A DNA stretch of 61,374 nt from Bacteroidales bacterium (GTDB lineage: Bacteria; Bacteroidota; Bacteroidia; Bacteroidales; B18-G4). The position numbers were made by a program, and so were the translations under genes. Positions 45,925 through 55,628 of the stretch are shown in pieces. Each line of letters begins with the position of its first letter. The first letter of the stretch is position 1. Under the pieces are notes generated by a model. That model made no database searches. It was not told the DNA's origin and saw nothing but the letters and a program-made list of their open reading frames with translations. The DNA lies in assembly GCA_036351275.1 (NCBI GenBank), contig JAZBOU010000125.1:1-61374 (forward strand), written 5' to 3'.

Positions 45925-46548
45925 GACCCAGCGGATCGCTTCAAAGGCTTCGGCATAGATGCTGCCCACCTGGGTTCCTCTTACGCGGGCCAGGCCTTCG
46001 AAAAAACTCTGCGACATATATGCCCGCTTCTCCTGAGATTTGTAGGTAGAGATCGCCTTTCCCTTGATATCCAGATCTCTTTCGGAGAGAACAACATGGA
46101 TATTCGTTGTAAAGGTGAGGTTGTTCCATGGCAATTCATATCCCAGCAGACTGCAATGTTTGAAAGCCCGCAGCCCTTCTTCGTAGATCACCTTATGATC
46201 CTGGTGAATATCGTACGAACTTGGCATCACTACAATATCAGGCTTGATGCTTTTTTTGATCTTCACCAGCTCTTCAAGGATGGCCTGGCGGTGTTCGGGG
46301 AAATGCCTGACCGGGAAATTATAGGTAAATATGTTGCTGTCGGGGATGCCAAGGATCCCGCATGAAGTTTGCAATTCCTCAAAAAGTGCATTCTCAGGAA
46401 ACCCTTCCGGCAGGCTGACCATGCAGGGGGAGAAAGCTACATAATAGATCTCATTGTCGGGGCTCCATTGCGCAATGCTTCCGCCACAGCCAAATTCAGG
46501 GTCATCGGGGTGGGGTGCAAGAAGGAGGATCTTTTTCCCTTTTATCAT
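45919..46548 (-). CDS. PIG-L/LmbE-family N-acetylglucosaminyl deacetylase
   Basis: It has the LLLAPHPDDPEFGCGG and HQDH zinc-binding motifs. Confidence 0.85.
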   Translation of the reverse strand: MIKGKKILLLAPHPDDPEFGCGGSIAQWSPDNEIYYVAFSPCMVSLPEGFPENALFEELQTSCGILGIPDSNIFTYNFPVRHFPEHRQAILEELVKIKKSIKPDIVVMPSSYDIHQDHKVIYEEGLRAFKHCSLLGYELPWNNLTFTTNIHVVLSERDLDIKGKAISTYKSQEKRAYMSQSFFEGLARVRGTQVGSIYAEAFEAIRWVL

Positions 46549-46594
46549 AGGCGAGTCGGTTTATAATATCAACTATAAATATAATGCAATATTG

Positions 46595-47578
46595 TTAACG
46601 GGCAAATACAAGGATATTCCCAACAAAGGACGACAGATCGTAATTGTTCCTGAAGATCTTGTGCAGTTCAAAGATCAGGGGATATTCATCCGCTCTCGAA
46701 TTTTCAAGGATCATCTCGCAAAAAGTGCTTACGGCCATTTTCCCCTCCAGCACTACCTTGTCACTGATATCTTTCGAAAAGAAGCCTTTCCCGATAAGCA
46801 GGCCCAGTGTCCTGTTGCGGCTCAGATCGTTCAGCGCGGTAAGGCTGAAGTCGCCATAACCGCAATAGCGAAACATGGATGATTCTTCTCCTCCCATGCT
46901 TGTCATGATCCTGCGCATTTCGTCGAAAGCTCTGGTCAGGATCAGGAAACGGAGGTTGGGCGAGTCAAAATTGGCATCGACTATGCCCAGTATGATGGCA
47001 TAAATGTTCTTCAGTATGCTCAGGTATTCAACCCCTTCCACATCCGTGGCATAATCCAGGAATATGGGCGTATCTTCGAAAAGGTCCCCGATCATGTTGA
47101 AATGCTGCTCATCCTTCGCGGCAAAGGTCATGGCCGTGGGATTGGCATTCATGATCTCCCTGGCGAATGTCGGGCCTTTCATGGTGCCAACAGGGTTTTC
47201 GACCATCTTTTCCAGGCATGCCGTTATCGTCATCTTGCCGCACCCAAATCCTTTAGCAAGGTTGATCAGCAGTACATCATCGCTGATGTATTCTTTATGC
47301 TGGAGCACGAAATCGACCGTGATGATCGAAGGAATTGCGAGAAAAAGCAGATCGGCATTTTTCAGTACGCTGAAATCGGTAGTGGCCTTCAAGCCTTCAC
47401 TCAGCCTGGAATTCGGAAAGTAATCCGGGTTGATGTTGTCTTCACTGATGGCCTTTGCCACATGATCTTCGATGGTATGCAAAGTGATCGTGTGGCCTGC
47501 CAGGGCAAGGGTGTTACCTATAGCAGTACCTATAGACCCTGCCCCGGCAATAACGATTTTGGGGTTTTTTTTGTTCAA
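46595..47578 (-). CDS. NAD(P)-dependent glycerol-3-phosphate dehydrogenase-like oxidoreductase (GpsA family)
   Basis: It has KIVIAGAGSIGTAIGNTLA and NLAKG blocks. I prefer the TTG start at 47578 (MNKKNPKIVIAG) because a TAtcTTTG box sits 17 nt upstream; the maximal ORF reaches 47629. Confidence 0.65.
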   Translation of the reverse strand: MNKKNPKIVIAGAGSIGTAIGNTLALAGHTITLHTIEDHVAKAISEDNINPDYFPNSRLSEGLKATTDFSVLKNADLLFLAIPSIITVDFVLQHKEYISDDVLLINLAKGFGCGKMTITACLEKMVENPVGTMKGPTFAREIMNANPTAMTFAAKDEQHFNMIGDLFEDTPIFLDYATDVEGVEYLSILKNIYAIILGIVDANFDSPNLRFLILTRAFDEMRRIMTSMGGEESSMFRYCGYGDFSLTALNDLSRNRTLGLLIGKGFFSKDISDKVVLEGKMAVSTFCEMILENSRADEYPLIFELHKIFRNNYDLSSFVGNILVFAR

Positions 47579-47595
47579 AACCAGTTTGTTTCGGG

Positions 47596-47603
47596 CAAAG
47601 ATA
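47596..47603 (-). promoter_or_regulatory. -7 promoter box TAtcTTTG (minus strand)
   Basis: CAAAgaTA on the plus strand. It lies inside the maximal ORF but upstream of the preferred TTG start. Confidence 0.4.
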
Positions 47604-47683
47604 AGGAGAAATGAATAAGTTGGCATCAAACAATAATGCTACAGCTGGATACCATCCCCATTATTTTCCGATATTTGCCTGTA

Positions 47684-48433
47684 ATGAAAACCGGTATCAT
47701 CGTTCAGGCAAGGGTAGGCTCATCCAGGCTTCCGTTCAAGGTTGTCCTACCTTTCGACAACACAAAGGCGATCATCGAGATCATCCTGGATGAACTGATC
47801 AAGCATGGAAAAAAGCTTCCTATTGTCCTTGCTACAACGTCATCAGCGAATGATGACGTATTATGCCGGGTTGCCGGAAACATGGGTGTCGATTGCTTCC
47901 AGGGGCCTGAAGAGGATGTGCTGGGTAGGTTCATTCTTGCCGCTGAACAGCATGGATTTGAGCGTATTATCCGTATCTGTGCCGATAACCCGTTCCTTGA
48001 CGTTCCGGGAACCATGGAACTGCTGAATGAGGATGATTCCTTCGACTATGTTTCCTGCCGCCTGCAGGGAGGATTGCCTTCTATTAAGAGCCACCTTGGC
48101 CTCTGGGGTGAAGTGGTGACCCTGGAAGCGCTGAAGAAGATCAAGAAAGAGACCAGCAGCAAACTGTATTATGAACATGTGACCAATTATATCTACGGCC
48201 ATCCCGACAGTTTTAATATTAAATGGACAGATGCACCGGCCATTGTTTATAACAGGCATGATATCCGCCTGACCATCGATGATGTGGAAGATTTTAACCT
48301 TGGGAAGGAATTGCTGTACAAGATGAAGCAGGCCGGGATGGAGGTTAATCCGGAAAATATCGTTGCTTTCCTGGATCAGCGCCCACAATACCTGGACCTC
48401 ATGAAGGGCCAGATTAAGAAATATTCGAAATAG
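47684..48433 (+). CDS. SpsF-type cytidylyltransferase (CTP_transf_3 family; candidate CMP-nonulosonate synthetase)
   Basis: It has MKTGIIVQARVGSSRLPFKV and CADNPFLD blocks. Confidence 0.7.
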   Translation: MKTGIIVQARVGSSRLPFKVVLPFDNTKAIIEIILDELIKHGKKLPIVLATTSSANDDVLCRVAGNMGVDCFQGPEEDVLGRFILAAEQHGFERIIRICADNPFLDVPGTMELLNEDDSFDYVSCRLQGGLPSIKSHLGLWGEVVTLEALKKIKKETSSKLYYEHVTNYIYGHPDSFNIKWTDAPAIVYNRHDIRLTIDDVEDFNLGKELLYKMKQAGMEVNPENIVAFLDQRPQYLDLMKGQIKKYSK

Positions 48434-48437
48434 CACT

Positions 48438-48445
48438 TATCTTTG
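48438..48445 (+). promoter_or_regulatory. -7 promoter box TAtcTTTG, 6 nt before the ATG
   Basis: TAnnTTTG match between the stop at 48433 and the ATG at 48452. Confidence 0.35.
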
Positions 48446-48451
48446 CGCTTT

Positions 48452-49492
48452 ATGGATACAACCTATATCATCGGGGAGATCGGACAGAACCACAACGGTT
48501 CGATGGAGATTGCAAAAAAGCTCATTGATGCGGTGGCAGAGCCCGTTGAAGACAAACTTTTCGGAGAACACCTCAAGCCCATGGATGCGGTCAAGTTCAC
48601 CAGGCGCGACCTGGCCGAGGAATTGTCGGAAAGTGAAATGCTGCGTCCATATACCGGCCCGAATTCATTCGGGAAGACTTATGGGGAGCACAGGGCCTTC
48701 CTGGAACTCGATGATGAACAGCATTTCGAGCTTTATAAATATGCAAAACAGAAAGGGCTTGAATTTGTCGAAACACTGTGTGCCAGGGGATGCCTCTCCA
48801 TGCTCCGGTATTTCGAACCTGACCGGCTTAAGGTAGCATCGCGCGACCTTACCAACCTGCCGCTGCTCCAGGCTATGGCCGAAACAAAGATCCCCATGAT
48901 ACTGTCGACCGGCATGGGCGGGAAACCCGAACTCGATCGCGCACTGGAAACCATTACACGGTACCATAGCCATGTTGCCATACTGCATTGCCTGTCGCAA
49001 TACCCCTCAGAATACAAGAACATCAACCTGAATACCATCCCGTACCTTAAAAAGGAGTACCCTGGATATACCATTGGATATTCCGACCACAGCATCGGTA
49101 TCGTGGTACCTGCTGCTGCAGTTGCACTGGGAGCGGAGATCATCGAGAAACACATTACCCTTGATCGCAGTATGAAAGGTACCGATCATAAGGGATCCCT
49201 TGGAACGGAAGGGATCTGGCGCATGGTGAGGGATATCCGGAATATTGAGAAATCGATGGGGGAGGAAGGCATGTTTATTTCTGATGCCGTGGCTTCAACC
49301 AGGATAAAGCTCGAACGATCACTGGCCAGTGTAAGGTTGATCATGCAGGGAGAGGTGATCAAGGAGAATGACCTGCATATGCTCAGCCCTGGCGATGGCT
49401 TCAGGTGGAACGAAAGGGAGCAGGTGATCGGGAAAATGGCTTCCCGGGATATTCCCAGGGACGAGATCATATACAAACACATGATACAATGA
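48452..49492 (+). CDS. NeuB/SpsE-family nonulosonate (Neu5Ac/KDN) synthase with C-terminal SAF domain
   Basis: It has IIGEIGQNHNGS, ILHCLSQYP, GYSDHSIG and IIEKHITLDR blocks. The track start is a TTG at 48443; I prefer the ATG at 48452. Confidence 0.85.
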   Translation: MDTTYIIGEIGQNHNGSMEIAKKLIDAVAEPVEDKLFGEHLKPMDAVKFTRRDLAEELSESEMLRPYTGPNSFGKTYGEHRAFLELDDEQHFELYKYAKQKGLEFVETLCARGCLSMLRYFEPDRLKVASRDLTNLPLLQAMAETKIPMILSTGMGGKPELDRALETITRYHSHVAILHCLSQYPSEYKNINLNTIPYLKKEYPGYTIGYSDHSIGIVVPAAAVALGAEIIEKHITLDRSMKGTDHKGSLGTEGIWRMVRDIRNIEKSMGEEGMFISDAVASTRIKLERSLASVRLIMQGEVIKENDLHMLSPGDGFRWNEREQVIGKMASRDIPRDEIIYKHMIQ

Positions 49493-50001
49493 AAGACATC
49501 AAGCTTTTCCTGACCGATATCGACGGTGTATTCACCGATGGCGGAATGTACTACGACAATGAAGGCAATGAGTGGAAAAAATTCAATACTTCCGACAGCG
49601 CCGGGGTGCTTTTTCTCAGGATGCTTGATATACCCGTCGGGATCATAACCGGTGAAGATACCAGGATTGTTAAGCGAAGAGCCAAAAAATTGCGGATCGA
49701 CATCCTGCATATGGGGGTCAGGAACAAACTTGACGTTGTGAAGGAATTATGCAGGGAAAAGGGCCTGGACCTCAGTGAAGTGGCTTACATTGGTGATGAT
49801 ATCATTGATATTCCTGTATTGGAAGCTGTAGGCCTGAGTGCCGTTCCGGCAGGTTCACCCGACTATGTGCAGCAGCATGCCCACTGGAAGCTCATGAATA
49901 GAGGAGGGGAGGGGGCCTTTCGTGAATTCGTTGAGAAATACCTTGCCGAGCAGGGCCTTCTGCACAAAGCCGTTGAACTATACCTTTCCAAGATCAAATA
50001 G
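49489..50001 (+). CDS. HAD C0-type phosphatase of the KdsC/KDN-9-P phosphatase family
   Basis: It has LFLTDIDGVFTDG, GIITGE and YIGDDIIDIP motifs. Its start overlaps the NeuB stop (ATGA). Confidence 0.8.
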   Translation: MKDIKLFLTDIDGVFTDGGMYYDNEGNEWKKFNTSDSAGVLFLRMLDIPVGIITGEDTRIVKRRAKKLRIDILHMGVRNKLDVVKELCREKGLDLSEVAYIGDDIIDIPVLEAVGLSAVPAGSPDYVQQHAHWKLMNRGGEGAFREFVEKYLAEQGLLHKAVELYLSKIK

Positions 50002-50002
50002 A

Positions 50003-51811
50003 TCACAAATCGTTCAATCGTTCAATGACATTCAGTGCCCGCTCACTGGCTTTCCCATCTATAGCAAAGGCATATCGTGCAATGAAGCTTTCATACGCAG
50101 TTTGATCAATGCCCGTTTTTCCTGAGAGCAGGCCTGTGAGGTGATCTTTCAGTTCATCCTTGTTGCAGGCCCGCAGGGCAACACCTTCCCTGTGATACCC
50201 CTGTATATCCTGCCTGAGATGATCGAGGATAACAAGCGGTTTTTTGAAATATATCGTCTCAGCACCAACAGTTGAGAAACAGGTTACCAGCACATCGCAT
50301 ACCGAGATCAGAAGGTACAGGTCAGGGTCGAGGGTAATGCGGATACGCTCAAGACCGGCCTCTCCTGCAATATTCTTATAATAAGCAGTGTCGTATCGCT
50401 CGTTGGGATGCAGTTTGACCAGCAGAAATGCATCAGGCATCTCTTTCACTGCCTGCATAATATCCAGAGCAGCCCTTTTTCGTAAGCCTGGGTCACGCTG
50501 AGGCTGTGAGGCGAATACGATCAGTTTTTCATGACTTTTAAGCTCCGGTACAACGTACTGTTTTTCAAAAGGTCTTGCAAGAAGCACCGGGATGATATCG
50601 GTCCGGATCTGTCCGCTCACTGTCAATTGTTCAGGCCCATAATGGCCGTTCTTTACCAGGAGCTCTTTCCAGAATTCCCCCCACACAAGCGTATGATCCG
50701 GAAAAGCATTCCTTGATTTGTCGGACGGAGTATAAACATATGCAGGATGCAGATCATGAATGCTGCCATGCTGTATGCCGATGGTATGGATCCCATTTAC
50801 GCGGGCAGCATCCAGTATGCACCTGATTGCTGGGCTGTTCTCATCAACACTGGAAATGGTCTTGTATTTATGCTTGCTGAAGAACTTTTTATACGCCAGA
50901 TATTTAATAAGATAGAAACGGGTAGCGCCCTGAAATGATCGGTAGATGTCGGACAGTGTTTTTTCCTCACCGGTACAGGCATTTCCGATCAGCTGTAATT
51001 CACTATTTAGTCTGTTTCCGAGTTCTTTTCTTCTTTTTCTGAGCGTTGCTGATGCGAAATATTTGAGGAGCACTGGTTCACCGAAGTACCTGCCCTTCCG
51101 TTTGCCTTTACCGAACAGATGATCCTTGCTCAGCTTTATTTTTGCGCCATCAGTTAGTTTTGGTTGTACAGCTTCATCAAGGATCAGGAAGTCATTGCCT
51201 GCTTGTTCGATCATATACCCGAGAACATAATTTCCCTTTTTGATCTCAAGCGTATCCATATCCAGAAAGGTCTGCCGTTTCGTCACATCAAGTATGATAT
51301 GCTCAGGCTTGCTGAACTTCCGGCCTGAAAACAGGTTCAGGATACTACGGCTTAACAGGATTGTAAAGTAATTGAAAAGGGAAAAGCAGTTCCTTCTGCT
51401 CTTGTTTTTTCCTGCCGGACCATATATGGAAACATTTTCGGGGAATTCCATCCCGCCCAGCAACCTGTCATCGGTATAATAATATATGTTTTCGTTGCTT
51501 TTTTTAGCGTATTCCCTTAAAGCATGCGCTTCATACCTCAGGTTACGTAATCGGAAATAGGCCCTGAATTTGTGGTAATACCACAGGCTGCTGCTATCAA
51601 ATTTCAAGCGGTCAGCAACAGCAGTGCCGTCAATTAATTTATCACCAAAAGCCAGGACTTGCTTCATCGTCTCACGATTGATCTTTTTCTTGTCTTCCCG
51701 GGTGATGGGGGGACCGGGCCTGTCCCAGAGCCATGCGCCCTTTTCGTACAACGCATCAACCTCTTTCCTTTCATGAGGTTCCAAATCCCGTTTTTCGAAA
51801 ATGACACTCAT
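50003..51811 (-). CDS. Large putative glycosyltransferase (KpsS/KpsC- or TagF-like C-terminal half)
   Basis: 602 aa. The C-terminal half carries LVKLHPNE and DVLVTCFSTVGAETIYFKKPLVILD, which resemble capsule-synthesis or teichoic-type GT-B motifs. Its start overlaps the flippase stop (ATGA). Confidence 0.4.
   Translation of the reverse strand: MSVIFEKRDLEPHERKEVDALYEKGAWLWDRPGPPITREDKKKINRETMKQVLAFGDKLIDGTAVADRLKFDSSSLWYYHKFRAYFRLRNLRYEAHALREYAKKSNENIYYYTDDRLLGGMEFPENVSIYGPAGKNKSRRNCFSLFNYFTILLSRSILNLFSGRKFSKPEHIILDVTKRQTFLDMDTLEIKKGNYVLGYMIEQAGNDFLILDEAVQPKLTDGAKIKLSKDHLFGKGKRKGRYFGEPVLLKYFASATLRKRRKELGNRLNSELQLIGNACTGEEKTLSDIYRSFQGATRFYLIKYLAYKKFFSKHKYKTISSVDENSPAIRCILDAARVNGIHTIGIQHGSIHDLHPAYVYTPSDKSRNAFPDHTLVWGEFWKELLVKNGHYGPEQLTVSGQIRTDIIPVLLARPFEKQYVVPELKSHEKLIVFASQPQRDPGLRKRAALDIMQAVKEMPDAFLLVKLHPNERYDTAYYKNIAGEAGLERIRITLDPDLYLLISVCDVLVTCFSTVGAETIYFKKPLVILDHLRQDIQGYHREGVALRACNKDELKDHLTGLLSGKTGIDQTAYESFIARYAFAIDGKASERALNVIERLNDL
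50008..50027. repeat. Octamer repeat (AATCGTTC)x2.5
   Basis: Direct reading. It lies within the last codons of the minus-strand 602-aa gene. Confidence 0.75.
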
Positions 51812-53256
51812 CGCAGATACTTTATGAAGATTTGACGGATCTCTGTTTTATACAATATTGCGAGGCTCATGATGATAAGCAGGACAACCAGGCTGGAGGT
51901 AAGGTAGGGGTTCAGCCCGGCCTCGACCTTCAGGTATTCGAGCAAGCCGGTCAGCAGAACAATGGCGAAGGGATAGAAAAGCATCTTCTTATTGTTCCAG
52001 CGGATCCCGGTCAGCTTTCGGTTGATGAAATAAAATGCGATGGATTGTATGCTCAGGGAAATATACATCGCAATGATCACGCCGTAGAAGCTTAAAACCG
52101 GCACCAGCAGGTAGTTCAAGCCCAGGTTCGCCACCAGGGCGAAGCTGTTTACATAAAGGAAATATATGGTCTTCTTCCTGAAATAAACACCGTATGAGAA
52201 TACCAGGAATTGGGTTCGTACGATGAACTTAATGAAAATGATCGTGATCAACCCGTAAGCCAGCCTGACATCGGTAGTGTAAAAAAGCGTGAGGTATAGC
52301 ATGGCGGGAATGATGGCCATGGCTATGAGTACCTGCGTTTGCGCCATCATCAGGTTCGACAGTTTTTTGATGTCACCTTCATGCTCCTCCATGCCTGCAT
52401 CCATAAAGCGGTAGATCTCCGGTTGGGTCGCACTCTGTATACCGATCAATATCTTTTCAAAACCCAATGCAAGGCCCACAGCTACGCCATAAATGCCCAG
52501 GTCAACCGGTTTGCTTTCCAGGAAGAAACGTTCCGCATAGTTGATACCCCACAGGATTATGGCAAACTGGAACAGGGGGAACGCAAACTGGTTAAGTTCC
52601 TTCATCATGTTCATGTTGAACCTGAACCCGCACGAATACCAGGTATAAACCATTACGGTGATGCTGGTTATGCTGCTTCCGATGGCCCCGCCCCAGAGAA
52701 AACCGATAAAAGACATGTCGTAATAGAATACCCCGATCACCTGGAAGCCGGCACGGAGTATGCCAAGGCCAACATTCAGGAGTATGAACCGCCTGACTTT
52801 TTTCTCATTCCTGTAAAGCGTAGCTGCGGTCATGGCAATAGCCCTGTTGATCCCGATGATCATGGCCAGGAAGCCATAGCTTTCAAAGTCCTGTAAAGCG
52901 GGCTGGCTGAATACCTGACCAATGTAGTCCTTGAAAAGCCAGCCGACACCCAGCAGTATCAGGCCCCTGAACAGGATAGAATTCATTACGGTGGAAACCA
53001 TTTTGTGATAACCGCTCTGACGGTCCTTATGCTCATAGTAGAAGCGGGCGATGGCATTCCCCATCGAAAAAAGTGCGACGGTAAATACAAGGCTTGTAAC
53101 AAGCTCGCTCACGGCCAGTTGTGAGAAATCTACCGGTCCGAGCCTGTTCGGCCCTTCGATGATGGGCTGGATGATAAGCTGCAGTCCCGGGGGAAGGGCT
53201 GCAACCACGATATAGATCGCCGAAAGCTTAAAATACTCCTTAAGGTTGAGCTTCAT
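51808..53256 (-). CDS. Wzx-like polysaccharide/oligosaccharide flippase (MOP superfamily)
   Basis: About 480 aa with about 14 TM helices in a glycan-cluster context. I prefer the ATG at 53256 (MKLNLKEYFKLSAIYIV). Confidence 0.6.
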   Translation of the reverse strand: MKLNLKEYFKLSAIYIVVAALPPGLQLIIQPIIEGPNRLGPVDFSQLAVSELVTSLVFTVALFSMGNAIARFYYEHKDRQSGYHKMVSTVMNSILFRGLILLGVGWLFKDYIGQVFSQPALQDFESYGFLAMIIGINRAIAMTAATLYRNEKKVRRFILLNVGLGILRAGFQVIGVFYYDMSFIGFLWGGAIGSSITSITVMVYTWYSCGFRFNMNMMKELNQFAFPLFQFAIILWGINYAERFFLESKPVDLGIYGVAVGLALGFEKILIGIQSATQPEIYRFMDAGMEEHEGDIKKLSNLMMAQTQVLIAMAIIPAMLYLTLFYTTDVRLAYGLITIIFIKFIVRTQFLVFSYGVYFRKKTIYFLYVNSFALVANLGLNYLLVPVLSFYGVIIAMYISLSIQSIAFYFINRKLTGIRWNNKKMLFYPFAIVLLTGLLEYLKVEAGLNPYLTSSLVVLLIIMSLAILYKTEIRQIFIKYLR

Positions 53257-53274
53257 GCATAAGGATTGATAAAA

Positions 53275-53282
53275 CAAAAATA
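53275..53282 (-). promoter_or_regulatory. -7 promoter box TAttTTTG (minus strand)
   Basis: CAAAaaTA on the plus strand, 18 nt upstream of the ATG at 53256. Confidence 0.45.
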
Positions 53283-53315
53283 GGGAAACTTAATTAGATG
53301 CAGCCTTAATAAATC

Positions 53316-54269
53316 TTAATCGGTATTACTTCCGCTTTTATGTGCATCGTAGATACTTGCGTTGAGCTCAAACCCGATCAGCAGGGCAATGGCATTGATG
53401 TTTATGTAAAGCATCAGGATGATGATGGTACCGATGGAACCATACAACTCGTTGTAACGGGCAAAATTATCAATGTAGAGGTTAAAAAGTGCAATAAAAA
53501 CCAGCGCGAGCAGGGTGGCCAGTGTGCTCCCCGGCGAGAAGAACCTGAATACGCGCTTCCCGGCAGGAGCGAGATAGAAAAGGACCGAAAGGCTGAGAAA
53601 CATCAGCAATCCCAGTATGACCCATTTCGCAATACTGATCATTATTAAGGTGAAGTCGTTGGTTATGATGCTGTTATCCGAAATATAGTTCAGCAGCACA
53701 GGGGTCAGGATCAGCAAGGCCGCTGCAATGATGATAATGGTGATGAGGATCAGTTGAATGCCAAGTGAGACCAGGTGCATCTTAAACCACGAACGGGTTT
53801 CCATAGTATGAGCTGAACGGTTAAATGCTTTCATGATGCCGATAACGCCGCTGTTGGAAAAATAAAATGCCATGAAGAAACCAAGCGATAGCCAGCCGCC
53901 ACTCTGTTTACTCACGATCTCTGTAATGGTCTTTTCCAGGAAGCCGTATACTTGCTCAGGCATCACGTTGTACAGTGCACTCAATATTGAATCCTGCAAG
54001 CCATCAACCGGGATATATGGAATTATTGTAAAAAAGAACAATATCATAGGAAAGATCGCCAGTGTGAAGGTAAAGGATAGCGAGTTGGCCCTGGCCAGCA
54101 GTGAACTTTGCCTGATGCCCCTGAAGAAAAACTGTACCACATCATAAATTGGCATTCCCCTGAACCCGGGAAGGGTTACCCTTCGGCCCCAACGAAGCAA
54201 TACCCTGTAAAAACGGTACTTTTCAAGGAATTTAAAAGGATTGATATGTCTTTTTTTCCAGTCAGACAA
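53316..54269 (-). CDS. YihY/BrkB-family inner membrane protein
   Basis: It has the ARANSLSFTFTLAIFPMILF block and six TM helices typical of YihY. Confidence 0.8.
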   Translation of the reverse strand: MSDWKKRHINPFKFLEKYRFYRVLLRWGRRVTLPGFRGMPIYDVVQFFFRGIRQSSLLARANSLSFTFTLAIFPMILFFFTIIPYIPVDGLQDSILSALYNVMPEQVYGFLEKTITEIVSKQSGGWLSLGFFMAFYFSNSGVIGIMKAFNRSAHTMETRSWFKMHLVSLGIQLILITIIIIAAALLILTPVLLNYISDNSIITNDFTLIMISIAKWVILGLLMFLSLSVLFYLAPAGKRVFRFFSPGSTLATLLALVFIALFNLYIDNFARYNELYGSIGTIIILMLYININAIALLIGFELNASIYDAHKSGSNTD

Positions 54270-54270
54270 A

Positions 54271-55104
54271 TTATATGGCTTTTAAGCTCAGGTCAAGGCT
54301 CTTCACCTGGTGAGTCAGTGCACCGACAGAGATGAAGTCGACACCTGTTTCGGCCACCGGCCGCAATGTTTCTTCAGTGATACCGCCTGAAGCTTCGGTT
54401 TCGTATTTGCCGGCGATCATCCCAACAGCAGTTTTCATATCGGCCATATTGAAATTGTCGAGCATGATCCTGTCGATACCTCCATGTTCCAGTACCTGCC
54501 GGACTTCGTCAAGGTTCCTTACCTCGATCTCGATCTTAAGGTCCTTGCCTTTTTCCTGTAAATATTTTCTGCAGGCAGTGATCGCATTGGCGATCCCCCC
54601 GGCAAAGTCAACATGATTGTCTTTTATCATGATCATGTCGTACAGTCCCATGCGGTGGTTCAACCCGCCTCCTATCCGTACGGCTTCTTTCTCGAAATAA
54701 CGGAAATTAGGCGTTGTTTTTCGTGTATCCAGGAGTCGTGTGTGCAGGCCGTTGAGAAGTCCGGTGAGGTAGTTGGTATAGGTTGCGATCCCGCTCATGC
54801 GTTGCATGAAATTCAGTGCCAGCCGCTCTGCCGACAGCAGTGAAACGGCCTTTCCGCTGACCCTGAATACAATGTCACCTGGTGCTATTTTTTCACCGTC
54901 TTTGATAAATATTTCGATTTGAGTATCCGGGTCTACAGCTTTGAAAACCTGAACCGCCACATCAACTCCTGCCAGGATGCCATCCTGCTTAACCAGTAAT
55001 TCTGCAATACCCATATTGCCATGCGGGATGGTAGAAAGGGATGTATGGTCACCGTCGCCCAGGTCCTCGACCAGGGCATTCTTGATAAACTCTTTGATAT
55101 TCAT
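54271..55104 (-). CDS. nadC: Nicotinate-nucleotide diphosphorylase (carboxylating) / quinolinate phosphoribosyltransferase
   Basis: It has LLDTRKTTP, HRMGLYDMIMIKDNH, LDNF and EASGGIT blocks. Confidence 0.92.
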   Translation of the reverse strand: MNIKEFIKNALVEDLGDGDHTSLSTIPHGNMGIAELLVKQDGILAGVDVAVQVFKAVDPDTQIEIFIKDGEKIAPGDIVFRVSGKAVSLLSAERLALNFMQRMSGIATYTNYLTGLLNGLHTRLLDTRKTTPNFRYFEKEAVRIGGGLNHRMGLYDMIMIKDNHVDFAGGIANAITACRKYLQEKGKDLKIEIEVRNLDEVRQVLEHGGIDRIMLDNFNMADMKTAVGMIAGKYETEASGGITEETLRPVAETGVDFISVGALTHQVKSLDLSLKAI

Positions 55105-55120
55105 ATCAGGATAAAACTAG

Positions 55121-55516
55121 CTATTCTTCCTCGAACTGTAACTGGACTATGAGATACTTGCCTTCTTTTTCTTTAAGAAGGATATATGTTTTAAAGGTCT
55201 TTACACTTTTGTAGGTGCCAATGATGTACATGGTGGCTTCCCTGGAAGAACCCTGGTGGTTCTCGCTGTATGATTTAGGCGGATTTTCCTTGAAAAAACT
55301 TTTCATGACCTGGGTGGCCTGCGATTTGCTCATGGACTCATCGGTGCCCGGTATGCTGATATCCAGGCTCGAATTGAAAAGCTTACCCAGTGATGTGGCA
55401 TCGCCGGCCTTAAGGGCTTTATTAACCTGATCTGTAACTTCCTGGGCGCTGAGCGGGTGTGACACACCGGCAAATATAAATGCCTGTATCATAAGAATGT
55501 ATAGCAATGACCTCAT
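55121..55516 (-). CDS. Small secreted protein (DUF4783-like)
   Basis: I prefer the start at MRSLLYILMIQAFIFAGVSHPLSAQE (signal peptide). It lies upstream of nadC in the same orientation. Confidence 0.55.
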   Translation of the reverse strand: MRSLLYILMIQAFIFAGVSHPLSAQEVTDQVNKALKAGDATSLGKLFNSSLDISIPGTDESMSKSQATQVMKSFFKENPPKSYSENHQGSSREATMYIIGTYKSVKTFKTYILLKEKEGKYLIVQLQFEEE

Positions 55517-55567
55517 AAACACTAATTTAATGAATAAATAGGCACAAAGAACGTTCCAAACCTTATT

Positions 55568-55575
55568 CAAAGTTA
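55568..55575 (-). promoter_or_regulatory. -7 promoter box TAacTTTG (minus strand)
   Basis: CAAAgtTA on the plus strand, 51 nt upstream of the ATG at 55516. Confidence 0.45.
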
Positions 55576-55628
55576 AGGAATAAAACGATAATCCATATCT
55601 TTACTAATTAAATTAGGCATTAATACCA

